Part shown: positions 26,384 to 41,200 of the stretch, piece after piece
Numbering within the stretch: position 1 is the first letter of the stretch
How the letters are laid out: each line of letters begins with the position of its first letter
Origin: Chrysomallon squamiferum
Taxonomy: Eukaryota; Animalia; Mollusca
Assembly (NCBI GenBank): GCA_012295275.1
Contig: CM022672.1
Location: forward strand, 32,240,001-32,304,000
Direction: 5' to 3'
Length of the DNA stretch: 64,000 nt
Position numbers and translations under genes: made by a program
Notes under the pieces: model-generated
Seen by the model: the letters and a program-made list of their open reading frames with translations, nothing else
What the model was told of the DNA's origin: nothing
Databases searched by the model: none

Positions 26384-26599
26384 TCATACGCAATAATATA
26401 GCCGCGCAGTAGCATTGATTACACGGGCATCGGGAGGAGCAGCACATTTCAGAGGAATCTGATTGCGACCCGTCGAAGGGTGCACTTTGTAAATATGACA
26501 GTCGCAGCTTCGGATTACATCCATTTTGTTTAGGGACAAGACACGTGAACTGCTGAACAGTGGCATGACAACCAGTCTAAATAAACGAGTGGCGAACAT
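26384..26599 (-). CDS. 71-aa ORF; possible small secreted protein or first exon
   Basis: GC-richer island, hydrophobic N-terminus, 4 Cys. Against copy B (62121-62336), 4 of the 5 substitutions I found are synonymous in this frame. Confidence 0.4.
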   Translation of the reverse strand: MFATRLFRLVVMPLFSSSRVLSLNKMDVIRSCDCHIYKVHPSTGRNQIPLKCAAPPDARVINATARLYYCV

Positions 26600-27494
26600 T
26601 GCTGCCGTGGCTGACGAATATTGTGCGAACTCATATTAAGACGTCTGTGATGGCGGGCCCACCATCTGTTACAGTGTGTAGCGAGTCAGACGCAGTGAAT
26701 GAAGGAAGAAATAACTAAAGACGGTAAGTTGAGCTGATTTCACTTCCATGGTATTTGTTTGCGGTGTGTATGATTGGGCGTATGTGTGTATATTGTGTGT
26801 ATCAATGTACGCCTGTATGTAGCGCAACGATGGTACTACAGTTACTACTACAATACCACTACTACTGCTAGTAATAATTCTGACATCATGGAAAAAAGCA
26901 ACAACGGGAACAGTAACATTAACAGTAAAAAATATAACAACGATATAAAACAGTAACCATCACAGTAGCAACATTATGATTAACAGTAACGACAATAACA
27001 ACGATGGAAGCAGTGATATTAACAATATGTTAAAAATATCAGTTACTTAAATCAGAACTATAACATCATTAATAAAACACCGATGATACGACACCAGCGT
27101 TAATAATCACAGTTAGACTTATATGAAGAAAACACTAACAACAACGGTATCACAATAACGTCAGAACGATAGCAGTACAGGAATAACAGCAATCATTTCA
27201 AAACAATAATGAGAACTACAACATAATATCAAAATAAAGGCAACGACGGCGAAATCAGTACAAATGTTGATTACAATAATGATAAATAATAATAATTATG
27301 GTGATGATGATGACGATGATGATAATGTCAACAGGGAAAACCAAAACATTAACGCAAAAGACCACAACGACGGCAGTAATGATACTAATTATAATAATAT
27401 TAACAATGTATGAATAACAGTTACCGTAAAAAGCGAAAAATTACAGTGAGACAACAATAACTAGAAGATAACAACGACAGCGACATCAAATACA

Positions 27495-27539
<45 letters not shown>

Positions 27540-28321
27540 CACAACAGTGAAACGACCAACCGGCACAATAACATCATTAACATTCATTATGCACTTTTTC
27601 AAGTTTTATATGAAGTGTTTCTCCAGATAAGTAATTAAATCTAACGCTAGACTTGACCATGTCAGTTTGTAATTAATATTACGTTATAACACAAAAAAGG
27701 TATTTCAATTTTCTTTTATCTTTTATCAGTTATATTTTTGGATGAATATATTTTGTATTAATTTATTAATAATTAAATTGATTTACTGGTAATTAATTCA
27801 CGAAACAAGTAACCCGGTTCAAGTCTAGTTAAAGTTTTTATTTTGACGATCTGAGGCTGAAAGTGAAAGGCAGACGACACTATCTCTAGTGCAGCAATTA
27901 CAATCGACTTTTTTTTTTTTAATTATTATAATTATTATTATTATTTAAGTAAGTTTAAATTGAAATATAAGAAATGAATCTAAGGATATACATTGTCTAG
28001 TTGTTTGCTTTTTTTTATTTTTTTTTTTATTTTTATTTTTATAAATTTTATTATAAGTTCTTTTCTTTTTGTAATAAAAGTGTCTGTAACAAAATTAAAG
28101 GTCATTATCCGAAAATAAGTGACGTCACTTGTCAGAACTGCTTCTGTATTTTCATATCATCACATTCACTTGTGACAGAAAACGTAATGTTGTTATCTGA
28201 TTATAACGGTGTCTGTTATTAACTTGCAGAAAATAGAAGATATTTTCAAATACATTATTTTATTACGGAAGATGTTTCGATCAAAAATGAAATGTTTATA
28301 GCACATAGACTCTCATTATTC

Positions 28322-29387
28322 AGTGCTACTTTAGCGTATGATCTCCGCGATCTAATGATCTACACCAAGCAAATTAAACTTTGGTGTGTGATCTACGCGG
28401 TTATTTTAATTATCATGTTGTTTATTGTTGGTTTTTTATTATTGTTTCCAGACATAAATAAATTTTAAAAATCCTAATATTTTATATTTGTAATTTATTC
28501 AACAAGGGCTAAAAAGTATACTATATGTGAATACTGTATTGATGAATTGAGCGAATATCTGCTGGAAACGTAAGAAAAAGATCTTCAGTTTTCTTCGATC
28601 TTCCTTCATTTCTCCACCACAACGACGACATAGTGCAACATTTTCTCCATCATCTACATTACAGGGGCGCACAAACTTTCTGATCTTATAGACCGCAGCG
28701 CTTTAACTTCACTGACACTAGGGCCGCAGACATTTCATTGTGATTACGTAAACTCTGAAAACGTAACATGTATGATTTTGTACAATTTTCTAACAGTGAA
28801 CCTCTGTGACTGAAAATGCTGCATGTAAAAAATGGGTGCGTTTACATATTTCCATATAAACTGACTTCTTTCTTGTTGATTCCCATTAAAGTAAAAAATA
28901 AAACCGTTATTAATGTTATTTATCAGTTTTATTAAATAACATCTTCAAAACTCTCGGATCTAAAAATGAATACTAGGCGACATTTTGTGTACGGCATCTG
29001 ACAGTGATAGGAAGTTCATGTTGTACGAGTGTTTATACTGAGACGTCAAATGTGATGAGGTGACATCGTTTCCACGGCCGCAGGTTGCGCACCCCTGATT
29101 TACAAGGACATTTCTTCGTAAAACTGTAACTGCCTTCGTCTCGTCTCTGATCACGTTGTAAAAATCTTTAGCCAACATCTTAAGGTTACTTCAGAAATTG
29201 AAACGAACAAGTAAAATCACAGAGTGGAATACACATAAACTACCAAATCGCATACCTATTCAGAAATGAAGTTTGCCATATGTGATGTTCTTATATATTT
29301 ATCACGCATTAGGTCGAATCTGTTTTATTACTTTACATGCCTGCTATAGTTTCCTGTAAGTCGTAGATCACGCGCCAAATTAGCACC
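28322..29387 (-). mobile_element. Non-autonomous Merlin (ISXO2-like) DNA transposon
   Basis: 8-bp TSD cattattc at 28314-28321 and 29388-29395. Imperfect TIRs agtgctactttagcgtatgatct / agatcacgcgccaaattagcacc. Internal MLAKDFYNVIRDETKAVTVLRR...CATCG and LCRRCGGEM zinc-ribbon-like remnants; no DDE core seen. Confidence 0.75.
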
Positions 29388-29445
29388 CATTATTCTCTAA
29401 ATGTTTATTTTTTGAGCTTAATTCATTATGTTTTAAAACAATCTT

Positions 29446-29483
<38 letters not shown>

Positions 29484-29779
29484 TTTTATTATTATTAATT
29501 ATTAAACATGAGAGCTAGCTGATAGGTACTGAGTCATAGGAAGGGATATCAGTTTGTTACACTCTTCTGAAATAACAAATTTGTTCAGTTTATCTTTAGT
29601 TATATATTATTATTAATGATACCCATCTATGTGAAAACACTGATCACGTTAATGATTTCTCACAGTAATGATCACCAATGACTTAACAAGGTTGGATACA
29701 GATGATATCGATATTCAAGCTTTAATTCTACTGATCTGAGTAAGTGTTTAAATTTCACACGTGTTGTGCTATTTTAGGA

Positions 29780-29845
29780 ACAGGTCTGCGGGCGACTCGT
29801 GTGATTCTTAGGGCGACGTGCTGCCCGCGGTCACCGTGTTGCTGT
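29780..29845. mobile_element. Possible degenerate hAT-type MITE end
   Basis: Isolated GC-rich gcgggcgac...gggcgacgtgctgcccgcggtcaccgtgttg, resembling recalled hAT subterminal sequence; no TSD or partner end seen. Confidence 0.25.
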
Positions 29846-32318
29846 TCTAGAATCATTTTATTCATTTGTATTAAAAATTAGTAGTGTTCTTTTTCTTCTT
29901 CTTCTTTCTTCTTTTCCTTTCTTTCTTTCTTTTTTCTTTTCTTTTTTGCAATTCTAAAACAAACAAGTGTGAGTGTGCGTGTGTGAGAGTACATGCGTTT
30001 TTACAGAAACGCTTCTGATAAAGAAATAAATTATAAGAAGAGAACAGGCGCACACATTTGTATATGTCACTGTGTATTTGTGTATGTTGCTGTGTATTTG
30101 TGTTTGTTGTTGTGTGTATTTGTATGTATCAGTTTGTGTTTGTGTGTCGGTGTGTGTTTTTGAGTGTAGGTGTTTCATTGAGTGCGAGCGTGTGCGAGCG
30201 TGTTACTGTTAAAACAAAACAAAATCATTGCAAAATATAATTACTCGTATTTTATTTTTATTAGTTGATGCCTTACTTATGTCCCTTTCTTAAAGTTACT
30301 CACAGTATATACTATTCACCTTTATTTGAAATGTTAAAGCATGAGTGGATGTATAATTGAGCTTATGTATGACAAACATCTGTTAGTGTGGGTGTTTAAA
30401 GATATGTGTTTTTGTGTCTTTGATTTTTGTGTGTGTGTTTGTGTATGTACGTATGTGTGTGTGAATGTGTTTGTGTTGGAGCATGTATGTGTATGAATAT
30501 AAAATCAGTCGATATGTGCGTGTGTATTTACAAATATATGTGTGTTTGAGACAGTGTATAGACAGTGAAGGCCCGTTTTTGCTATGTATATGTGTGAAAG
30601 ATAATGTACATGTTTTGATGTATGTATATGTGTGAAAAAGAGTGAACGTTTTATATATGTTTTTGGAAGAATATTTATATGTATGTAGATAATGTTCACT
30701 TTATTGTTTATACTTATTAAAATTTATATGTGTTAAAGACTGCAATGTGATGTGTGTACAGGAATGTATCTCTCACTGAAGTATTATTTATATTTTTGTG
30801 TGAAACAACAGGTCGATATTGGCTTTTTAATTGTTTCATTCTTTCAATATTTTTAAAAAATATTTAAAAGTAATTAAGATAATTTGAAATTTTAAACAAA
30901 CCTTTTTTTTTATATATTTTAATTATTTTTCAAAAATGGTTTCATTTCTTATTTATTCTTTCTTGTTGTGGTTGTTTTTCTTCTAATTATTTTCTAATAA
31001 ATTTTTAAAAGTTTAAAATTACACTTTCTTTTTATTATTTTATTCTATACAGTCAATAAAAATTACTATTAATATTATTAGAGTTAATTATTATGATTAA
31101 TATTAGAGTTATTATTATTATTAGTAGTAGTATTATTGTTAGTATTAGTAGTAGTAGTAGTAGTAGTAGTTGTTGTTGTTGTAGTAGTAATAGCAGCAAT
31201 ATAGTATTATTATTATTATTTGTTTGAACACTTTGAGGAGATCAGTAAAGAAAGACTTAAAAGAATAGTTAAAATATTCATTATTCTGTTCATGTCCTGA
31301 ACTGCAGATAACTATTGCTTTTCATTAAGAAATATTTGTTTAAAACTTAATATTGACTTAAATTTCTTTTTAAAGTTTTATTCTTGAGCTCAAAGAAAAG
31401 AGATTTGAAATAAAAATGAATAGTAATCACTAATCACAGATGTTAAAAATTATTAAACTTTGTGTTTCTCATTTGATTTAATGATGAGAGGTCATTTTTA
31501 AAAATATTTTCATTTAAAGTTTTTATTAAAAGTTCTTGAATGCTAAAGTCTTGCTTAGATTTGTTTATTTACAAAAGAGTAAATGTAAGCAGTGTTATCA
31601 GTAATTTTGTATTACTAGTCTGAATATATAATACCAGGATTTTAAAATCAGTTAAAGTGTATTCACAGAATTTTCTAGAAACAAAAATGACAAAGTTTAT
31701 AAGTAAATGTGGCTTTGTAATATTAACATAAATTATTATTATTAATTTTATGCCACAAAAGGAAGATCAGTTTGATGCAGTGTTTACAAATAAAATATAT
31801 GTTAAAGTTACATTAAAGTGTAAGATAACTTGTAACACAAGACATAAACACAGTACTCTCCTAATAAAGCTTTAACAAAAAACTTTCTATTTTGTCTCAT
31901 GCTATACAAAAAATATTTAGAATTATGTATACTTAAATTAAAATGTGTTTTTGTTTTGTTTACATTGTTTGAAAGCAGCAGGATGGAATATGATATTTAT
32001 AACAGTAAAAATTCAGATTAATAAAGGAATTAAAAACAAAATAATAATATAGGTAAATAATATTTACTATATTAGTATGAACTGTATTTATATCTACTAT
32101 AATTAAAATGTCCCGAAATAAAATAAAAACAAAAATCCCCCAAAAGACTGGTTGGATAGAGTATATAGGTTCTTCACTCAGTCTGTGAGGTTCATTTGTA
32201 TTTACTTCTGTGAATGTTTTTGTATGTATTTATACTCCTATGCACTACTGTTTAAATTTTTGAAAATTCACAGAGTTAATCACTGAAAATTAAAATTTAG
32301 TTATCTTTAGTTTATTTA

Positions 32319-32374
<56 letters not shown>

Positions 32375-32538
32375 TGGTAATTTTTATTAGTTCTGAATAT
32401 ATCTTCATTTATCATGATTTCTTGATTTTTATTATCTTTACATATCTGTCATTGTATGTGTTTCTTGTTTCTTGAACAGATTTTTCATCATGTTTATTTC
32501 TTTGTTTTGACCTAAATTTATGTATTAAACTATTTATT

Positions 32539-32626
<88 letters not shown>

Positions 32627-32967
32627 TTTATTTGTTTTGGATTTGAGTATGTATTTTATTTTTTTTTTGAATAATTTCTTAATTATTTAATGTTTATTTC
32701 TTGGTTTTGGGCTTGTTTCAAAATGTTTTTTTTTATTTTTATTTTTGGTTTTTTTTTTTTTTTTATAATTTTGGTTTTTTTTTTTAATGCTTTATTTTTT
32801 ATTTCTTTTTGGGCTAAAAAAGTTTGATTTTTTTTTTGTTTTTTTTTTTTTTTTGTGGTTTCTTTTTGTATGTGAATTTCTTTTATGTTGTTAAACAGAT
32901 GATTTTTGTTACACAGCTTATTTCTTTTTTGTTGTTGTTCTTGACATCTTGGTTTTTCAGATTTGAT

Positions 32968-33259
32968 TACACAGCTTCTTTATTCTCACCTAGTTCTGTT
33001 TGCTCTGTTGTTAACCTGTGTACATGTGACATCTATTTTCAGATCAAAATGAGATATACACAGCTTTACTTCTTTTTTTCTTTATTCTCACCTAGTTCTG
33101 TTTTCTCTGTTGTTAACCTCTGTACATGTGACATCTATTTTCAGATCAAAATGAGATATACACAGCTTACTTCTTTATTCTCACCTAGTTCTGTTTTCTC
33201 TGTTGTTAACCTCTGTACATGTGACATCTATTTTCAGATCAAAATGAGATATACACAGC
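32968..33259 (+). repeat. About 93-bp tandem repeat x3
   Basis: tctttattctcacctagttctg...ttttcagatcaaaatgagatatacacagc starting at 32977, 33079 and 33172. Confidence 0.9.
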
Positions 33260-33599
33260 CACACTGCTCTCCCTGTGTATTAGAACTGATGTCAACATAA
33301 TTCTGTTACCTATCATAGATTTAAAAATCAAGTGTCTTAGAAGTGAATTTCAAAAATCTTCTAATATCCCCAACAAACTTTACTTTTGGTTTGATTTTAC
33401 TTCTTGGATTTGTCTAATGTCTTTCACTACTCACTTGGTCATACTAAAGATAGGGTTAAGTGCTATGGACAGACTTCTGATTTCAGGTTTCATGGATCAT
33501 GGGATCAAACCTTCCCAGATCTCTTTTCAGTTTATTTCCCATTCAACACTTTATTTTATTATTTGTTTAATGTCAGCTTGTTGTTATCACTGACAGGAT

Positions 33600-33832
<233 letters not shown>

Positions 33833-36800
33833 CTGACAATTTTAATGCATCTCAGTGCTCACTTTGGTCAATATCCCATTCCAACTTTATTTAAAATATT
33901 TAGGTTGCTGTTACTAAGATGGGAGTAGATGGTTTGAACACTGAATCAAGTCAAACTATGTGACAGGATCAGTTCTTCATAATGTTTTATTTTGTTAAGA
34001 TTAAGGGAAAAAGTAATAGGGAGAAATAATCAGTGTAATAAATATTTCTGGAAAAATAGCATACACACTCACAAACACACACAGAAGTATAATTCAGTCT
34101 GATATAAAACTAATAAAAAATAATAATGATAGAATAGAACAAAATTTTAGAAGTAATAATGCTAAAGGTTATTTTTGTGAATTTATAATAAATAATTAAA
34201 TGTTAGCTTTTGACACAATGTAAAACTTCAGTTGGAATGGGTAAACATTCTCAAGAAAATAGAAAATGTCATGTTTGTGATCTTCACAAAATTGGAAATG
34301 AATATCCTGTATATTTGAATGTGACAATGCTGCATTATTAAAGGTGCAAAAACATTTACCTGATAATAATACAAGACATAAGATTAAATTTACATATACT
34401 AACAGCAGGAATTAAAGGTGTATTACTAAAAGTGCAAAGAGATTTACCTGATAATTATACAAGATATAAAATTATATTCACATATAACAACAGCAAGAAT
34501 ATTTTGTATTAAACAAAAGTAATGTCTGTTAATAAGAAATATATGTGAGAAACAAGGTGCATGTTAAATTTCCATTCATTTTGTGAGAATAAATTCACTG
34601 TCATTCAGTGGTATCAACTTCAAATCAGTTTTGAACAAAAACCAGTTTCAACTATAATTAATAAATAATGAATTCAGTCTGATCATTAAAAAAATAGACC
34701 CAAGAAATTGTAATAGAATGTATGTTAATAAGATCAAGATCAGTATTACAAGTTTACCAATAACATGTTCATAAAAAATAGAAATTATTCCTGAATGAAA
34801 TAAGGATTCTGTTTGTAGTGATAGCAGTTTAACTGTACACTTGTGATGTCTTGAAAATAACTGTTGAAACATAAAATTAAATTCAATGAAGTGTTTTGTT
34901 GTATTTAAAGAATTTTATTAACAGTTATTATTTCAAAAATATAAATCTGCTTTCACTTGGCGAAGACTTAAATTATCATTAAGTAATTCAAATAAAGCCT
35001 AAATGAAGTAATAATAACAATATTACTTCTAGTGGTATAATAATAATAATAATAAACTATGTATAATAACAATAATAAATTATGTGGTAGACAGATAGAC
35101 AAATTAGACTGAAGATAGGAAGGTATCATATAGGCAGGTAAATGTGTAGACTGATACACAGATGGTGTGTGTATATGTAAATATATAAACAGATATTTAG
35201 GCAAAGGAAGATATATACATACATACACATATGCAAAGTTTATACCAGTCAGATGGAAAGATATATAGATACATACACATAAGCAAAGTTAATACCAGTC
35301 AGATGGTAAAAGATAAAAGCATGGTTGAATCATGGATGTGTGGGTTAACAAATACATGAAACAGACAGATGTGTGTAGTGATGTATCAGTGTATGGATGG
35401 ATTTGATGGATACATTTAGGCTTCATGGATACAACAGAGAGGACTGACTGACTGACAGAGGGACTCAAAGACAGAGATGCAGAGAGATAATAAACCTGTG
35501 TACATTATACTTGAACAATTTAAATAAATATGAAGTTTAATAAATATAATAAGAAAATGTTAGAGTTGAGTGCTGGTCATCATCTTACAGTCCAGAACCA
35601 GAATCAAATCCAGAATCCAAACATTTTTGTAAAGATTTAGTTGAATATTCCCCTAAGTAAATAATCCCATGAAACTCATTGAAAAAGACAAAAATAAATG
35701 AATAAATTAAATAATAATAATACTAAAATAAAATAAAATAAAAAACAGCAAACAAACAAGAATTGCCCATCTTTTTGTTTCTCTTTCTCTCTCAGCACAA
35801 CTGGATGGGGAACAGTTTACGAAGTACAGGAACAGATGATACTGATCACTAATGAATTAAGATTCAGTGACAGAGGCGTATCTGTCTAGTTGTAAGTATG
35901 TCATACATGACACTACATATATTAGAGGTGCAGTGGGAATTTAGTTATTTCAACCTTTCACTGTACCTGGAAGAGCCCAGTTATACACTGAGGAGTGTAG
36001 AGTGACTTCTGATGACTGTATTAGATACTGCACACAAGAGATGAGCAGACAGACAGACAAACAGGTAGACAGAAGTGACAGAAAGTAGATGGATGGATGC
36101 AGAGACCAGTGGAAGATGTTTGATTCTATAAATGGTATCATGGATGAATGTGTGGAGTTAGGTGGGAGACAATAATGGATGTAACATGAGATGGTTAGTC
36201 AGACAACAGTTATTTCTAGTATTGTTTGTGAAGAGAATTTTAATCTGGAAATCCAGACTGAGTTTGTCTATACTCAATGCTTAGTCTTAGTGGAAAATGG
36301 AATTTTTATTTTGGTGTGTTTGTATATTGGTGAGTGTGTGTGTATGTGTGTCTGTATGTGTGTGTGTTTGTATATTGGTGTGTATGTGTGTCTATATGTG
36401 TGTTTTGGAGAGACAATGGGTATTAATATAAAGGTAAATAACAATCTATAATTTTTTCATGAAGAAAGGACACTAAACACAGAACTTATGATACTCAGTG
36501 TTCATAATTATAACATTATTATTAAACATAATAAAATAATACATCTAATTATTGTATTTGGAGAAACACCCACAAACACACACCCAGACATACATATATG
36601 TTCACACATACACATACAAACATACATACATACATACATACATTCATATATACACATCTTTCATAATATTCATATATACACAACATACATACATACATCC
36701 ACAAATACATACATTCACAACATACATACATTATAACATACATATATATTCTTGGTTTCTCAATTTCATGGACTAATAGGTGGAACAAACATGTACATTT

Positions 36801-36990
36801 ACCAGAGGTAATCATGCAATAGGGAAATGGTGGTAAAAGTCAAATTCTGTGATTTTACACAAAGGTCTGTATCAAACAGTATATATTATACAGAGATTTC
36901 AGTCAGCTGTAAATATATATATCTCAGTCTCAGGCAGGATTTAGCTTGGCTGTAGAGTGTCTGATGTAGGATCTATGTGTCTATACTATA

Positions 36991-37026
<36 letters not shown>

Positions 37027-37407
37027 TGTATGTATGTATGTATGTATGTATGTATGTATAAATACAGTAGTATTAGAAACACAAGCTTCTTTTAAAACTG
37101 TGTTTGGCCAGCAACAAACCTTCAGTATTGCAGTATAATACTAGAATAATGGCAATTTGTCACAACAATCAGGCAGCACAGCAAGTATATATATATATAT
37201 ATATATATATATGACTTATTTAAAAAAAAAAGTTGTGTTTTATAACTTTGGAATTATCCAATTGTGTTTCACAATTAATTTATGTTCTGTAGTGCTAAAT
37301 GTTAAAGAAAAGAACATTTGCAAGTAAACTTGTCTAAAACTCATCAACATTTTATTTCAGAAAAACCATTGTCTATTATTATTATTATTATTATTATTGT
37401 TATTATT

Positions 37408-37440
<33 letters not shown>

Positions 37441-37946
37441 ATTATTAACCAGTTTTAATATACCAGTTTAAAATTTGTTTCAGTAAATTTCTGACAGAAA
37501 TCTTTGAAGATGGTTTGCAGAAATTAGGACTCTAGAACTAGTTTGAAGTCACATTTATACTATTTGCATACATAATGGATGCATAATGAATATTCATAAC
37601 TGTATGGATTATATATAAAACAAATTCATTTTCAAAAGTATTTCAGTTATCAAGTTAGAAACTAAACCATGTAGAAAAATCTAAAACATATGATTTTGAA
37701 TAATTTTAAGTAATAATAAGTACATTAATCCAGAAAACAGTACTATTTATTATCTCATTAGAGAAATAGTAAATTATATCAAAATCATAAATCACAATAG
37801 TATCTAGAAAAATGTACTTTTTACAGTTTCCATCTAAATTAATGTAGTTTCATTTACCTAATGTAATGCAGTGTATAGATATATCAATAAGATAATCTCT
37901 ATATTTTAAATTAAATTATTATCATCATTGTCATTGGTATTAATAC

Positions 37947-37998
<52 letters not shown>

Positions 37999-38269
37999 TA
38001 TACAGAGGGTGCTTGGAAGTTATGAATGTAGTTTCAAAATAAGTGAGCTAATTCACTGATAAACATTACACATGATTAAAAATAATTTTTAAAATTGTTT
38101 TAAAGAAATAAATTATTTAGTAAAATGTTTATTCACATACTATGACGTAGCTTTGTTTTGAACCAAACATTTAACTTATCCCTACACTTATTCTCATCCT
38201 AACCCTTCCCTCTCCATTATTCTAAACATATTTAACAACACATTAATAAAAAACAATATGATTTTATTT

Positions 38270-41200
38270 TTAAATTTTACTTGAAAGGTAAATTTGTATT
38301 AAGACAAATTTGATTTTAAAGCAAAATTTGATTTTAAAGCAAACCCTGATTTTAACCATAACTTTATGATTAACAGTAATACTAAAGCTATTTATAAAAT
38401 GAAACATTTATTAACCATCAAACGTTATTTTCATATCTGTTACCAAATCCTGACCCTGTTCTAAACAAAGTAATAATAATAAATTAAATATGCTTAAATA
38501 AATAAATAAATATAAAATTCAGCTACATTTTATTTTAATTCTAACCCTAACTCTAACCCTAACCTAATTACTAAAACTATCTAAACTTTTAGACTATAAG
38601 TCTAAAGTCTATACTTTCACAGACATTTATTTAATTAAAATTGGAAAGTTCCTTTAAACCTAGTAAATAGCCATGGAAGTAATTTGCACTTTGCCTATGT
38701 AATAGATTGCTTATTGCAATTAAATGTTATTTTCAATCTAATCCTTGCCTTGATCTAAAATGTGTCTTGAATGAAGGATGTATTGAATTAAATTAAGTTT
38801 TAAATAGATTTCCTAGCACTGAATTTAATCATATCCATAATCTTAAATCTAATGAATCCTAAATACAATATTAATCTTAGATTTGAACCAATCCTCATCA
38901 TGACTTTTTGTTACAGCTAAATTTTACTGACAGATTAGATTTTGAAAAAAAATAATGTCTTAGTCTTAACAGTCTCTCTCTCTCTCATATGAATAGAGAA
39001 CAAGAGATTTTCAAATTTACTGATATGATGTCTGATATTTTCTAATACATAATCAGGAATTATTATAAATCTGTATAAATAGTAAATTATTTAATGTGAT
39101 TTTTGTAACAAATATCAGTTTCTACAAAGATTAAATAAACATTGCTAATCACAATCTATTTCAGATCCTAGTATATAATTACATATCTCAGGAAAACATA
39201 ATGTTAGGACACCGAAAGGCCTAATCATCATATACTGGAACAGGTGGGAAACTTGTATTTGAAACATCAATCAAACTGAAGTTTATCTTTTCTTAAACTT
39301 ACACCATCAATTTTCTGGAACCCTTCAAAAAACTTTCCACATTATTATTTTTGTCACATTGATAATAAATTAACAAAACTCCTCTGACCAGTGTCTGATG
39401 ACTCTAAAGCACACAGACATTTTTTTTTAATTAAAACAATATTTGTAAATTAAATAATAGTTTTATTAGAGGCTGCATCAATAATTTTTTTTTTTTTTTA
39501 TATATATATATATATTAAAAGGTTAACAGTGCAGAAGTTCACATGAGTTCCAAGCACCAAACAGTATCAGTGACTATAACAGTTGTTGTCTTCTCAACTA
39601 GTCTGTGATTTGTTTTCTCTCTGTGTTACGGACATTTCATGCACTCAACCTGAATCAGAAAATTCAAATAATTTTGTACAGCTACTAATATATAAGAATC
39701 TATAATGTTTATTAAGTTTCGGTTAATGTACCAAAACTATGTAAATAAAAATGTTCCTCACCTTAGGATGTTTGATAATGCTAGCTAAAAATATTAAATT
39801 AAAAATAGAATACAAAATAATTTGAAATATTTATTTCAACAAAAAAACAAGTTATATCAAAACTACTTTTTCATATAAAAAAAACATAATTTTAGAAAAA
39901 TGTTATAAAAATCCTTAAATACAAATTTAGAAAAGCATGATATAATTGAACTTTTAAATTAAATTTGTTTTAAAATGTTTTATAAGGTTTTTAAGATGAG
40001 AGCCAAGGGTGTTGTAAAATATAAAAATACCAAGATTTCTGATCTATCCAACAAAAGTATAATAATAAAACATTCAAAATAATGAAATAAAAAATACCAA
40101 GATATTTGTTTACAAAAAAAAAATAACAAATAACTTGTAATCTGAAAATTATTTATTCAGAAAATTTATAATTTCTGATTTATCTTCCAAAAAAACATAA
40201 AATTATCTACTTCCATTTTATGTTTTATTAAGATACGTTTATTGGCTAAATCTTTACCAGAAGTCTTGGTGTTCTTTGTTATTTTATATTTGGTATAGAT
40301 AATTCAGTAGATTTAAAAAAATAAAATAAAATAAGAAATACAAAAAATAAAACAGAAAAATGAAATTATCTCCCCTGGACCAAACACCTTTATATAAAAT
40401 GTGTACTTTTTGTTTTTTCAAAGCAGTAATCAAGGATTTCTAACAAATAATTTTTTAAAATTAAAGTTTTTTTTACACAGACCTGACTGTACTTGCTGCT
40501 GTGTCTGGTCCAAACATTATGTATATTGGTCTGTATGTAACTATATCTTGTATGAACAACATTGTGACTTCCAATCTGAAATCACAGTTTCACAGTTTTA
40601 TAAATTATTCAGTAAGTGTAGTCCATGGCTCACACAAGTAATGTTTTTAAACTTTTGTTTGGTGTGGATTTTTCTAGAAGTTGTCAGTATTCTCCAGAAA
40701 TCCAGCTTCTTTTTTTCTTTTTTTGTTGAGATCTTTCATCTTCTGCTATTTCTTCTGCATGCTTAGTTCAGTGTGATCAGAAAATTTGCAAAAACTTGGA
40801 GGCAAACTCAAGAAGCCATTTAGAATGAACAGATGATTATCATTAACACTTCTCATTATAAACAACCCTGAAATATTTAAAACAAAAATAAATGTGTTTT
40901 TATTAAAACTAAAATAATATTCAGAATTGTATAAACAGTATTAATTTGTCCTGCTTATAAAAGTTTACTTCTGAATCTGGGATTATACAAAATGAAGAAT
41001 AGATATAATTCAAGTGTGATATTCTGTGACTTAATAGTAGAGAGTTGAGATGAGAAGCAACAGATTGTAGTATCAATCTTGATTTGTGCAGTCTGTTACT
41101 CTTGTATTAAAAAATGTACACTGAAAACTGAACATAAAAATAGCTGACTTTATTAACAGTGAAAATGTAGGTTTTTTTGTTACACTGTGATTATCAAAAA

